Source of the DNA: Malacoraja senta
Taxonomy: Eukaryota
DNA length: 64,000 bases
Assembly (NCBI GenBank): GCA_038087875.1
Contig: CM075992.1
Span: 11,038,001-11,102,000 of the forward strand
Reading direction: 5' to 3'
In this document: piece by piece, positions 1-11,675 of the stretch
Position numbering within the stretch: position 1 is the first letter of the stretch
How the letters are laid out: every line of letters begins with the position of its first letter
The notes under the pieces: model-generated
What the model saw: the letters and a program-made list of their open reading frames with translations, nothing else
Database searches by the model: none
What the model was told of the DNA's origin: nothing
Program-made: the position numbers and the translations under genes

Positions 1-127
1 TTCTCCCTGTGGCTTTCCTCTGGGTACTCCGGTTTCCTCCCACATCCCAAAGACGTGCAGGTTTGTAGGTTAATTGGCCTCTGTAAATTGTTGGCCAAAT
101 GCAAATTGGCGGAACAGCATCTCATTG

Positions 128-890
128 AGTCATAGAGTGATACAGAGTGGAAACAGGCCCTTCGGCCCAACTTGCCCACACCGACCAACATGTCCCAGCA
201 TCACTCGTCCCACCTGCCTGCGTTTGGTCCCTATCCCTTCAAACTTGTCCTATCCATGTACCTGTCTAACTGTTTCTTAAATGTTGGGATAGTCCCAGCC
301 TCAACTACCTCCTCTGGCAGCTTGTTTCATACACCCACCACCCTTTGAGGGAAAAAGTTACCCCACAGAATCCTATTAAATCTTTTCCCCTTCACCTTAA
401 ACCTTTGTCCTCTGGTCCTTGTTTCCCCTACTCTGGGCAAGAGATTCTGTGCATGTACCCGATTTATTCCTCTGATGATTTTATACACCTCTATAAGATA
501 ACCCCTCATCCTCCTGCACTCCAAGGAATTGAGACTCACCCTACTCAACCTCTCCCTCTAGCTCAGACCCTCTAGTCCTGGCAACATCCTCGTAAATCTT
601 CTCTGAACCCTTTCAAGCTTGACAATATCTTTCCAAAAACATGGTGCCCAGAACTGAACACAGTACTCTAAATGCGATCTCATCAACGTTTTATACAACT
701 GCAACATGACCACCCAATACTCAATACTCTGACCGATGATGGACAATGTGCCAAAAGCCTTTTTGACCACCTTGTCTTCCTGCGACTCGACCTTCAAGCA
801 ACCATGCACCTGCACTCCTAGATCCCTCTGCTCTACAACACTCCCCAGAGGCCTACCATTCACTGCGTAGGTCCGGCCCTTGTTAGAAAT
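128..890 (-). mobile_element. CR1 3' fragment
   Basis: ORF2 C-terminus HLEYCVQFW...LERVQRRFTRMLPG and 3' tail; other degraded CR1 fragments at ~2300-3590, 3850-4400, 4580-5500, 33450-34130, 35170-38040, 39360-39970, 49390-49710. Confidence 0.85.
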
Positions 891-1420
891 CCCCATATTT
901 TGCTTGGGCAGCTTAAAAGCCAGCGGTATGAGATTTGATTTCTCTAACTTCAAGTAACCCTGGTTTTCCCTGTGTCTCCATCCCTCCCCCACTCTAGCTT
1001 CACTGTTCTTCTGATTAATGTTACTGTTTGTATGCCTCGTTGTTACCTTCCCCTCAGTCATCAATGAACCAATGTACATTTCCTTGAACATTGTCTGCTT
1101 TGATCTGTCCTTTTCACACCTTACATGCTCTTTGTACCCTTCCCCTGGCTCTCAGTCTGAAGAAGGGTCTCGACCCAAAACATCACCCATTCCTTCTCTC
1201 CAGAGGTGCTGCCTGTCCCACTGAGTTACTCCAGTATTTTGTGTCTACCTTCGATTTAAACCAGCATCTGCAGTTCTTTCCTACACATTAAATGAGTAAC
1301 TACTGTTTCCATGGATCGAATCATCCAGTAAGCTTTAAAATTTTGGGTGTAGATAACTAAACTTTGCAGATTCAGTGGCATATTGTTGCTGCCAAGACAT
1401 ATATTTGCTGCTTCTGAATA

Positions 1421-1620
1421 NNNNNNNNNNNNNNNNNNNNNNNNNNNNNNNNNNNNNNNNNNNNNNNNNNNNNNNNNNNNNNNNNNNNNNNNNNNNNNNN
1501 NNNNNNNNNNNNNNNNNNNNNNNNNNNNNNNNNNNNNNNNNNNNNNNNNNNNNNNNNNNNNNNNNNNNNNNNNNNNNNNNNNNNNNNNNNNNNNNNNNNN
1601 NNNNNNNNNNNNNNNNNNNN
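1421..1620. other. Assembly gap (200 N)
   Basis: Run of 200 N. Confidence 1.
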
Positions 1621-2003
1621 GACACCTGTGTTGAGAGTTATTGTGGAGGATGTGTTTTTACCTCTCCCTACTGATCATGCTCTGGGTCAGAAGTCGAGGA
1701 TCAAGTGGCAGAGGAGTGTATATAAAATGTAGGATTAATGGAGGTGGGCGGTTGATTGTTGCACGGACTCAAGGGCCCGTTTCTCTGCTGTATGACTAAC
1801 TCTAACTGGTGTATGACTAACTTTAACAGCTCTCAGCAGTTTTCTTCATCACATATTTGAGGAGCTGCTGAACCTTTCTGTTAATGTTGTCAATTGGCAA
1901 AGCATTAACCATAATCATTCTCCTTTGCAGCTCTGTGGGAACAGAAATAATGTATGGACATGGATTCTTCCAATATCTGACCCTGTTCTGGTTGTTTTTG
2001 CAG

Positions 2004-2090
2004 TGATTTACAACAGCCATCTGACGTTTCTAGTTCCAGCCACAGACTGTACAGAAGGATACCTGAAAGCACCAAATGGCACGTGTATTG
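2004..2090 (+). CDS. Adhesion GPCR (ADGRE/EGF-TM7-like) exon, N-terminal Cys-containing segment
   Basis: Acceptor ttgtttttgcag|, donor ATTG|gtgagt; 87 nt, phase 1-1; encodes (V)IYNSHLTFLVPATDCTEGYLKAPNGTCI(D) and joins in frame to the DEDEC EGF exon. An alternative in-phase acceptor exists at 2039/2040. Confidence 0.7.
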
Positions 2091-3060
2091 GTGAGTCAGA
2101 ATACAATTTCACTTGAGAACGTTCATTCTATCGTTCTATTCTATCCTTTGTATCACTACCTGTCAGCCAGGGCTCAGCAAAAGAAATAAGCAACTAATTT
2201 TCTGGATTATTCACAAGTAAAGGATCCCTTGGAGTTGAAGGTGAATGGGGAGGCTGTTGTGTCCTAACATCCACACTTACAGACTGGACCCAGGGCAGGA
2301 GGGCTTCTGGGTATCACAGGAACAGAATGTGGAGCAGGAGCAGGCATTGGCCCATCGAACCTGTTCAACCATTCAGAATGGTCACGGCTGATCACCACAC
2401 TCTGTGTCCAGTTGCAGCCCTTGTTCCCTTTAACCCCCAGAAATATCAAACACTTACATATATTTAATGATTTGGCTTCAACACATTTCAGTGGTGGAGA
2501 ATTTCACAGAATCACCATTCTCTGGGAGAAGAAATTTCCTGTCAGCCCACTTCGTAACTAGCTGACCACTGACCTTTAGCCTGTGACCTCTGGCCCGAGA
2601 GCCCCTGACCATCAGGAACACCTTCCTGCATCCAGTTCTATTGGTGTTCAGTAGAGTCTATGACATCCCAAGCATTCTCGTAAATTCTAATGAAGGTGGC
2701 CCTAATTAATACAGTCTCTGCATTTATCAGTCTTGCCATCCAGTATCTGCCAGAGAGCCAGTGACACAGAGCATTGAAACAGCCCCTTCTGCCCAACTTG
2801 TCCATGCTGATCAAAGTTCTTCACATTTGGCCACGTTTGTCTCATATCCTACTCAACCATTCCTATCCATCTACCTGCCGAAGTGTGTTTAAATGTTGTT
2901 GATAGCACCTGCCTCAACTACCTCCTCTGGCAGCTCATTCCATATCCCCACCATCCTTGAGTGAACAAGCCTCCCTCAGGTTTGTGTTACCCATAAACAC
3001 ATGTCTCCTTGTTTTTCATTCCCCTGCTGTGGGTAAAAGACTGTGCATTCACTGTATCTA

Positions 3061-3392
3061 TTTGGTTTAGTGATGCAGCATGAAAACAGGCTCTTTAGTC
3101 GACCAAGACTATGCTGACCATTGATCACTCATTCACATGAGTTCTGTTTTGTCCCACTTTCTTATCCTCCTCCCTACACACCAGGGGAATTTGCAGAGTG
3201 CTAAATCAACTGCAAACCTGCACATCATTGGGATGAGGGAGGAAACCGGAGAACCCAAAGTAATCCCACACAGTCACAGGGAGAACGTGCAAACTTCACA
3301 CAGATGACACCCAAGGTCAGGATCGAACCTAGGTCTGGATCGAACCTCGGTCTCTGGCACCATGAGGCAGCAGCTCGACCAGCTGTGTCAAC
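3061..3392 (-). mobile_element. tRNA-derived V-SINE/HE1-like SINE nested in a CR1 3' fragment
   Basis: Reverse-complement match to the SINE at 52840; B-box region locally duplicated (ggatcgaacct x2). Confidence 0.8.
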
Positions 3393-5716
3393 CTAAATCC
3401 TTTCTGACTTTCTACATCTCTGGAGGATCAACCTTCAGCCTCCTACGCTCCAAGGAATAAAGTCCTAGACTGCCCAACCTCTCCCTATAGCTCATCCCTT
3501 AAAGTCATGGTAATATCCTCGAAAATCTTCTCTGTCTGCTTTCCAACTTAATGACATCCTTCCTGTGGCTGGATGACCAAAACTGGTCAGTACTACACAT
3601 GGGCATAAAGTAACTCAGCAGGTCAGGCAGCATCTCTGGAGAACTTCAATAGGTGACATTTCAGGTCAGGAACACTGATTGCAGAGGCCATTTAAAATAT
3701 TTAATCTGAAGAAAGATCCTGAAGTTTGAAAGTCTGATGAAGGATCCCAAACTGAAACATGCTGCCTAACACATTGAGTTACTGCACCACTTTGTGTCTT
3801 TTATCATAAACCAGCACATGCAGTCCCTTGTTTCTCCATTCAAGTCCCCTATCACCTTGGCTCTGCCTGTCTTCACCCTTCCATGCTGTGACTCAGACCC
3901 ACGCCCAATGTTACAGACCTGACTGCTGCTGCTCTCCCCTGACCAGACATCCCCCTACTAAATAGTATCCAAAAGGGCATATCTGTTGTCAAGGGGAATG
4001 GCCACAGGGGATTACTGCACTCTCTGCCTGCTCCCTTTCCTGGTGATCATCCCTCTACATTCTGCCCATTCTCTCGGCATGACCACCTAACTGTAACTGT
4101 GCTATCTATGACCTCAGTCTCCCAGATGATCCCTAGGTCATCCAGCTGCTGCTCCAGTGCCCTAACGCCACCTGTAAGGACCTGCAGCTGGGCACACCTC
4201 ACCCAGGTGTAGTCCTCAGGGACACTAAGTCTCCCTGACTTTCCCACACCCTGCAGGAGGAAGATGCCTCCTCTCCTCCTCCCCTAACTGCCGTCTCTAC
4301 AACACTAGACAACAGAAGATTTATGAAAGAAAGAAAAAGCACTGACCCCACCTTATCCCGCCATCACCCGCCACACCAAACCCTGTCGAGCTAAAGCCTC
4401 GCAGTTACCTTCAGCACAGTCACTCCCAACAGGCCGCTCCTCTAGTGTCTGCCTTCCTTATCATGCACCCGCTAGCAGCAGTCACTCCAGGATGCGAACT
4501 GCTTTCAGCTACAAAACGTAATGTCTCATGAAGTGGCTGCTGACTTAAAAGTTCCACTCCTTGTTCCTAATGTCAGTTGCTCCCTAAATATGATCTTCTG
4601 ACCTTTTAATATTGTGACATCCTCCTTTCAATTGCAAGAACTGAATGTTTTTTCTCCTTTCAGTTGTAAAACCTGAATGTCTTGTAAACCTTTGCTGAAT
4701 TTGTTCTGTAATCAGGATCATCCGTCCTCCGATATGGGAACTGCACACTGTACTCCTGGTGCACTCACAAGGGGCCTGTAGGTTGTTGCTCCTCAACTCA
4801 AATCCTCCCACGGCAAAGGCCAACTGATCATCTGCCATCCTATCAGCTGCTGCGTCTGCATGCTCCCATCCAGCCACTGGTGCACATGGACACCAGGTCT
4901 CATGGTGCCACCCCTTTTTAGAATCTGAGAACACTCAGTTAACTGGCCTTCTGTCACTGCCACCAAAGTCCATCAGCCCACATTTATCCACATTCAACAG
5001 CATCTGCCAAGTGTCTGCCCACTCTCTTGATCTGTTCAAATGAACCTGGAGTCTGTCTGCACCCTCTCTCAGCTCTCAACCAGCTTGTGTCATCTGCGAA
5101 CTTGGAGAAGTCACATTTAATTCCCTCATCGATGTCTTTAATATATACGGCATCATAAGAGATGCATCTCTGTGGTACATAGCTGGCGTCCCAGCACTGA
5201 ACCCTGTGGTTCCCCACTGCCTGCCACTCAGAGAAATGACTGTTTATCATTTGTTTTCTGTGAGCCAACCCATTCTCTCTCCAAATAAGCAACTTGCTCC
5301 CCAAAACATGTTTTAAATTTGCATGATAACCTTTAGATGGGATGTTATCAATAGCTGTCTGAATGTGGACCATATCCACTATTTCTCCCTCATTCTGCTG
5401 GTTACATATTGTTATATGCTCAAAAAGGATCCAGTGTGCTTGCCAAACATAGTTTCCTGTTTCTGTTTACTTTATCCAGTTCTGTCACTCTTCTCCAAGT
5501 GTTCCATTATTGTATCTTTTACAATTGAAAACACACACCACCAGACTCAGGAATAGCTACTTCCCCTCTGCTATCAGCCCTTTGAATTTGTCCATATGCT
5601 GTACCAATTCTCCAACCTAATTCTTTGTGGACCTTGGACTTTTTCTCTGGAACAGTTGCTCTACAACGCTAAGAATGTATATTTTCTTCAGTCTAACCTG
5701 TGGCACTTGCATTTAT

Positions 5717-6530
5717 TGAATTGAATTGAATTGAATTTCCTTTATTGTCATTTAAACAAGTTTGAAATAAATTCGTACCACGCAGTCATGCCAGAAAAAA
5801 GCAACAGAACACAACAATTAACACAAACATCCTTTAAATCTTCGACCGCCGGCCTGCGGCCTACACCAACCTGAAGCCGCGGTCTCCGGTGGGAAGAGCC
5901 GATTCTGGACTTACCTGGACTTTTATCTTGTATGTACATCTGGACGCCCGCAGCGGCGGCTGCGGAGGTTTGAGGTCCCGACCACGGGAGAAATTGGAGG
6001 ACTGGCCAAATTTTGTGCCTTCCACCACAGTGATGAATGCTGTGGTGCATGTTTGTGTTAAGTTTTTAGTGTGTTTTTGTGTGTTCTTTATCATTGTACC
6101 GCTGCTGGCAAATTCATTTCACTTGCACTTTGTATGCAATGTGACGAATAAAAACTGGTTGATTGATTGATTGATTGATTGACATCGATCACAGTGAATC
6201 TCCAGGCACCTCGTCACTCTGATGGAAGGCAAAAAGTCTTATCTCTTCCTTGCTTGTTCTCCCGCTGTATCGAGGCTCTCGATGTTTAAGCCCCCACCAG
6301 CTGATGGTACATCCCGCGGCCGATTTTAAGCTCCGCGAACGGGCCGATTCAAACTCCGCGATTCGGGGCGGATGAAGCTGCTGTTGCGGGAGCTCCCGAA
6401 AATCGGTCACTAACCAGGGACCGTGCGAGCTCCCAATGTTACCGTCCACAGGGCTCGCGGCGGAAGCCTCCGATGCTCCGAAGTCGGGTCGCAGCCACAG
6501 CGCCACCACAGCCTCCGATGACTCTGCAGA
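5717..6530 (-). mobile_element. GC-rich retroposon with (TTCAA)n tail, containing a nested + strand relative at 5832-6181
   Basis: (TTGAA)n at 5717-5737; the nested copy ends in AATAAA...(TTGA)n and is flanked by ACATC (5827-5831, 6182-6186). Confidence 0.75.
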
Positions 6531-6969
6531 CGGAAAGATGCCAAACTCACAGGGTTATCTCAGTAGATGACTTTAACTTCCTCATATGGATTGGGACTTA
6601 CTGAGTACCAATAGTTTAGACAGGGCAGAATTTGTGAGGTAGATCCGCAATGTTTTTTTGAAACAGTACATGGATAGTCCAGCCCAAGAAGGGAACATAC
6701 TTATCCATTATTTGGCGATCGCTTCGACGAACGCTCGGTTCGCAATAATGAACCTGATCTCCCGGTGGCACAGCACTTCAACTCTCTTTCCCATTCCGAA
6801 TCCGATCTTTCTCTCCTGGGCCTCCTCCATGGCCAGAGTGAGGACCACCGTAAATTGGAGGAGCAGCACCTTATTTTTCGCTCGGGCAGTTTGCACCCCA
6901 GCGGTATGAACATTGACTTCTCTAATTTCAGGTTGTCCTTACCATCTCCTCCCCTTCTCTGCTAAAAAA

Positions 6970-9375
6970 AGGTACTAAATTGGAGTTGCACATTAAGTCG
7001 TTATTAGACAGGAGCTCAGGAGGGAATATTGGAAGCAGTTGTTAGTAAGTCCACATTGACATGTGGCAGTCATTTAAAGGCCAATTGATTAAAGTTCGGG
7101 ACCGTTCCATGTTGCAGTAAGCAGGAGGGATAAGGATTGCAAAGTAACAGAACTTTGTATGACTGAAGAGGTAAATTGGGTCTAAAGGAAAGAACAACTG
7201 TCTGCAAGTTTAAGATCGAATTAAAGGAATGATTTAAAGCAATCAAGGAGCAAAGAACTCAAGCAGGCAATTAGAAGGGCCAAAAGGGCCCACAAATTGA
7301 TTTTGGCAAATCAGATTAAAGGAAATCCTACATTTTGTACCTACATTTTAAAAACAAGGGTCAGCAGGGATTAGGTTGGACCACTCAAGGATAAGGGAGG
7401 GAACTTGTACTTGGTCAAGGGTCAGGTAAATAAACAAGTATATTGCATCTCTTTACACCAAAGACATCGATGATCAGTGTGGAGAATACTAATATGCAAG
7501 AGCAGTTTGTGATTATGAAAGAGGAGGTGTTGGGACTCTTAAAGACCATTAAGGTGCATGAATACCCAGGGCCTGATAGGATTTATCCCAGGTTCTTGAA
7601 AGCAACAAGAGGGCAGGAGCCTTGACAAAGATCTTTGCATCTTATCTAAGCACAGACGACATCCCAGAAGACTGAAGTTGTTCCTTTGTTTAAGAAGGGA
7701 AGTAAAGAGAATCCAGGGAATTGTAGCTCAATAAGCCTCACATCAGCGAGGAAGATATTGGAGAGAATTTTTCAGTATCGGATTTATACCCATTTGGAAG
7801 AGAATGGGTAAGATAGAGACAGTCAGCATGGCTTTGTTCATGCTAGATTGTATCTTACTAACTTGATGTAGTCTTTTGTGGAGATGATGAAGATGATTAT
7901 TGAGATTAATGATTAATGTCTACATGGATTTTAGTAAGGCATTTGTTAAAGGTCCCATGGTTTGCTGATTCAGAACATTATGATGCATGGGATAAACAGT
8001 GACTTGGTCATATGGATTCAGAACTGCCTCACAGATAGAGGACTGTGGTGGAAACACAATATTCAGGTTGGAGGTCTGTGACAAGTGGAGTTCCACAGAG
8101 ATCTGTTCTGGGACCTATGCTGTTTGTGATATAAATAAATGACGTGGATGTGAATGTTATTGGGTATTTAGTAAATTTGCAGATGACACCAAGATTGCAG
8201 GCGTCGCACATTGTAAGAAAGACTGTCAAAGTATACAGTGGGACATAGATCAACTACAGGGTTCTGCGGAGAAATGGTAGCAATGTTACAAAATTTTGAG
8301 ATTTAAATAATCAAGTCTGCAATTTATCCCATCAGATAAAGCATAAAAAAGAAGTTTAATTTGACACGTAATTCATTTTCATATCTTCAGTATTAAAACA
8401 GTTATGGCCATTTTCATACTCTGAAATTAGCTTTTCCATTGACTTAACTCAAAAGCTGTGATCGAGGACAGTCAAAAGCCCATAACTTTCTTAAAAATTA
8501 AGAGAACTGAATGAAATTTTCAGTTATTATAGATTGAAGCATTCTGAAACAAATATGAAACAATCTTACTTGGATGACCTGAAATTAAAGCATATAATTA
8601 GTTATTTACCTAATTGTAGCTAATTACAATATTCAATTACTAGATCTAACATCTATCCATTTCTTAAGAAAAGGTTAACATTTTTAAATAGCCTAAATGT
8701 CCAAATAACATTCACACTATAACATGATTTTTAAATCTCATTGTCATGAATTTATAGGCCGAATGGAAGAAATTTAGTGTTTAATTCCCGTAAATTAATG
8801 GCCATTTTAATCATCTTGCGAGTGAGATTTTGCGGAACGCGATCGATTGGAACGTTGCAGTTTGAGGTGAATTTAAACCCCATATCGGCAGGAAAAACAC
8901 TGCCGGTTCCTATATTTACATAATCACATTTTCACTGATGAAATTTTGATTAAAGAAATCCTAAGAAGCAAGCTTACATGTAAAATAAACAACTTACCTT
9001 ATGTTTTGTCCCATACGTGAGAGCCGTCCCGTTGACGGCTTTAGAAGTAGCTTTTTCTTTTACTCCAGCGCTTAAATTGTCCCGCGGTTTAAATTTTTTT
9101 TTTTCACAAGAACGGCAGTCAGAACGATTATTCAGCATTAGGTAGTAGCCCGAGAAAATATATCTTGGATAGGCAGGAGAAAACGGCATTTTAATCCCGC
9201 CCCCCCCCCCCCACAAAGGCGCCAAAGTCGCGCACACGGCCAGTGACAGAACTGCAGCGCCGCTAAGGTAAGTTTTGTAACATACCTAGAAATGGCAGAT
9301 GGAAATATCAAATACTGGAGGGCATAACTTTAAGGTGAGAGAAGCAAAGTTTAAAGGAGATGCGCGTGGCAAGTT
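6970..9375 (+). mobile_element. Degraded CR1 ORF2 fragment (interrupted by the DNA transposon at 8278-9288)
   Basis: Residual motifs PGPD.IYPR, QHGF, YMDFSKAF, GVPQ.SVLGP, KFADDTK. Confidence 0.75.
8278..9288. mobile_element. Non-autonomous ~1 kb AT-rich DNA transposon, copy 1
   Basis: Imperfect TIRs TAGCAATGTTACAAAATT / AAGTTTTGTAACATACCTA; TSD GAAATGG (8271-8277, 9289-9295); interrupts a CR1 RT (AEKW|QME); colinear with copy 2. Confidence 0.9.
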
Positions 9376-11380
9376 TTTGTGCCTGAAACACATTCCACCT
9401 TGTTGCTGCCCTTGCACTTTTTCTTGGCTGCACTTTCTCTATAGCTGTAACATTATATTTAGCACTCTGTTTTCTTTCTCTTTTTGCACCACCTGTTGTA
9501 CCTATGTATGTGATTTGACTGGATAATCCATGATACAATGATTTTCATCGTATATCAGCACATGTGACACAGTTTATTAGTGGCACAGTGGCGCGACTGA
9601 CAGAGCTGCTGATTCACAGCGCCAGGAACCTGAGTTTGATCCTGGCCTCGGGCACTGTCTGCTGGTTGCTAACCATTTTAACTCCCCTTCCCATTTCCAA
9701 ACTGACCTGTCCTGGGCCTCCTCCATTGCCAGAGTGAGGCCATGCGCAAACTGGAGGAACAGCATCTCGTATACGCCTTTCACTTACGATTCATGGCATC
9801 AACATTGAGTTCTCCAATATGAGGTAACTAATCCAAAAACAACCCCTCACCCTTTTTCTCCCCCCCCCCTTTTATTGCCCGTCTCTTCCCTGTGGCCAAG
9901 CCGGATTCTCACCTATTTCTCCATCCCCTTCCATCTATATACCTTTCTATGGATTTATCATTCTACCTTTTCTATCCTCATCTCACATTGTTTGTCTTTT
10001 CATGCCTGGCCTTTGTCCAATCATCTGTCAATCAGCCCCCTCCCCACTTGTATCTACATATCACTTGCCAGACTTTGTCCTGCCCCGAATTCTCTTCCAG
10101 CTTTCCCCCCCCCCCCCCCCCACGACAACCCGAAATGTCACTTGTACCTGTTCTCCAGTGATGCTGCCTGGTCTGCTGAGTTACTCCAGCACTTTGTACC
10201 TTTTTCTATAAGCCAGCATCTGCAGTTCCTGAATGGCGGATGGTATGGATGGTTCAACGGGTATCCATGACGCCAAGATGGGAAAAGCCAAGGCAAGGTC
10301 AAGATGGGGAAAGCCTCAAGTTTCCCCGTCTCCCCACCTTCAATCACCAGGTGTCTCTAAGGGAAGACTGGTCATTCCGGAATCGCATTGCCACAAGAGC
10401 CAGTGTATCAGGATGGAAGCTTGGACAAAGCTAACCGCCCTTACATTCAGATCGCACCAAAGCCTTCGGTTGTGAAAAGTCCAATAAAATACTTATATTT
10501 CTCTTGTGATGAATATTTGAATGAGAGTGAAACATGAGGTAGTCTAGGAGGCACGAGAGATCGCAGAGGCTGGAATTTGGCACAAAAAGGAGATTTGTCA
10601 GTGGGTCAGGCAGCATCTCTGGTGGAAAATGCACAGGTTTTGACCTTCATGTGGGCAGAAAGAATAGAAGGGAGATAGCCACTACAAATAGTGGGGGAGG
10701 GCTTGGGGCAAGTGTGGCAAGTGATAGGTGGATACAGATGAGGAAGGGTTAATTAACAGATGGAGTGAGGTGGGGGAGGGAAGGGTGGAGATAGAGACAG
10801 GGACCGAGAGTTGATGTGGAAACAAGAAAAGACTGCGGATTCTGGAATTTGATAGGAAAGCAAGGTGAAGAGTGAATCAATATGGGAAGAGTAGTGGGGA
10901 ATGAGAACAACGGAGGGGGGCGGGAGTCCACTGGGAGGGATGTGGTGATGGCCAGGTGGGGTAAGTGGGGGGAGGAGTGAGGGGTATTGTGAGAAGCAGG
11001 GGTAGGCAAGACTCCTTCTAATGACATAACACACTTCACAAAAAGCAGAATGAATCTAAGTTTGCTGATGTTGATGCGGGAGTAACAGAGGAGCAGAGAG
11101 GCAGCGGCGTTGTCCGTTTAGGCCTGGGCTGAGGAAAGGTCCCTTTGCTCAGAAGGTTGTGAGTCTTCCTGTTCCTCACTGTGGAGCCACAGTTGTTGAG
11201 TACACACCAGGCTGACATTGTGAATGTTGATTGAATCAACGGGATGGTGGAGATAGAGGGACAGGTCACGATAGGACCAGGAATGATCAGCTGTGGAGTG
11301 TGAGGGCTGGCATGGGCAACAGACCACTCATCCCTTCTTGGTTTTTATTAAAGCATGGATCTTTTTTCTCCTCCATCCAG

Positions 11381-11533
11381 ATGAAGATGAATGTATGGGA
11401 GCTTCTGCACAAACACTGTGTGGCTTCAACATTGATTGTCACAACACAGTGGGAAGCTACTACTGTACCTGTAAGGCAGGATATTTCCACCCGACCAAAC
11501 AACGTAACTTCAAAGACAGCAGAGGCTGCAAAG
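11381..11533 (+). CDS. Adhesion GPCR exon: calcium-binding EGF-like domain, copy 1
   Basis: Acceptor cttttttctcctccatccag|, donor AAG|gtgggt; 153 nt, phase 1-1; [51 protein letters not shown] has six Cys and the D-x-D-E-C...C-x-N-x-x-G-S-Y-x-C cbEGF consensus. Confidence 0.9.
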
Positions 11534-11675
11534 GTGGGTGCTGACACTCATATTTTTGTATTTAATACTTTACTGTTTTGCCTCACAGGGGAGCTTGTGC
11601 TTTGAACTTGGCATGAATGGGAAGAGGCAAGGCCATAGCAACTGGTTTCAGGTACATAGAGGAGTATTGGAAAAT

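Noticed and set aside
558..1091. 177-aa minus-strand ORF
   Set aside because: Chance fusion of an antisense Penelope fragment with a CR1 ORF2 fragment.
10233..10475. Recurrent ORFs 'MADG(M/T)DGSTGIHDAKMGK...' at 10233, 17185, 23149 and 30111
   Set aside because: They recur only because they lie in the duplicated unit; the copies differ by frameshifting indels and lack convincing splice signals or domain motifs.
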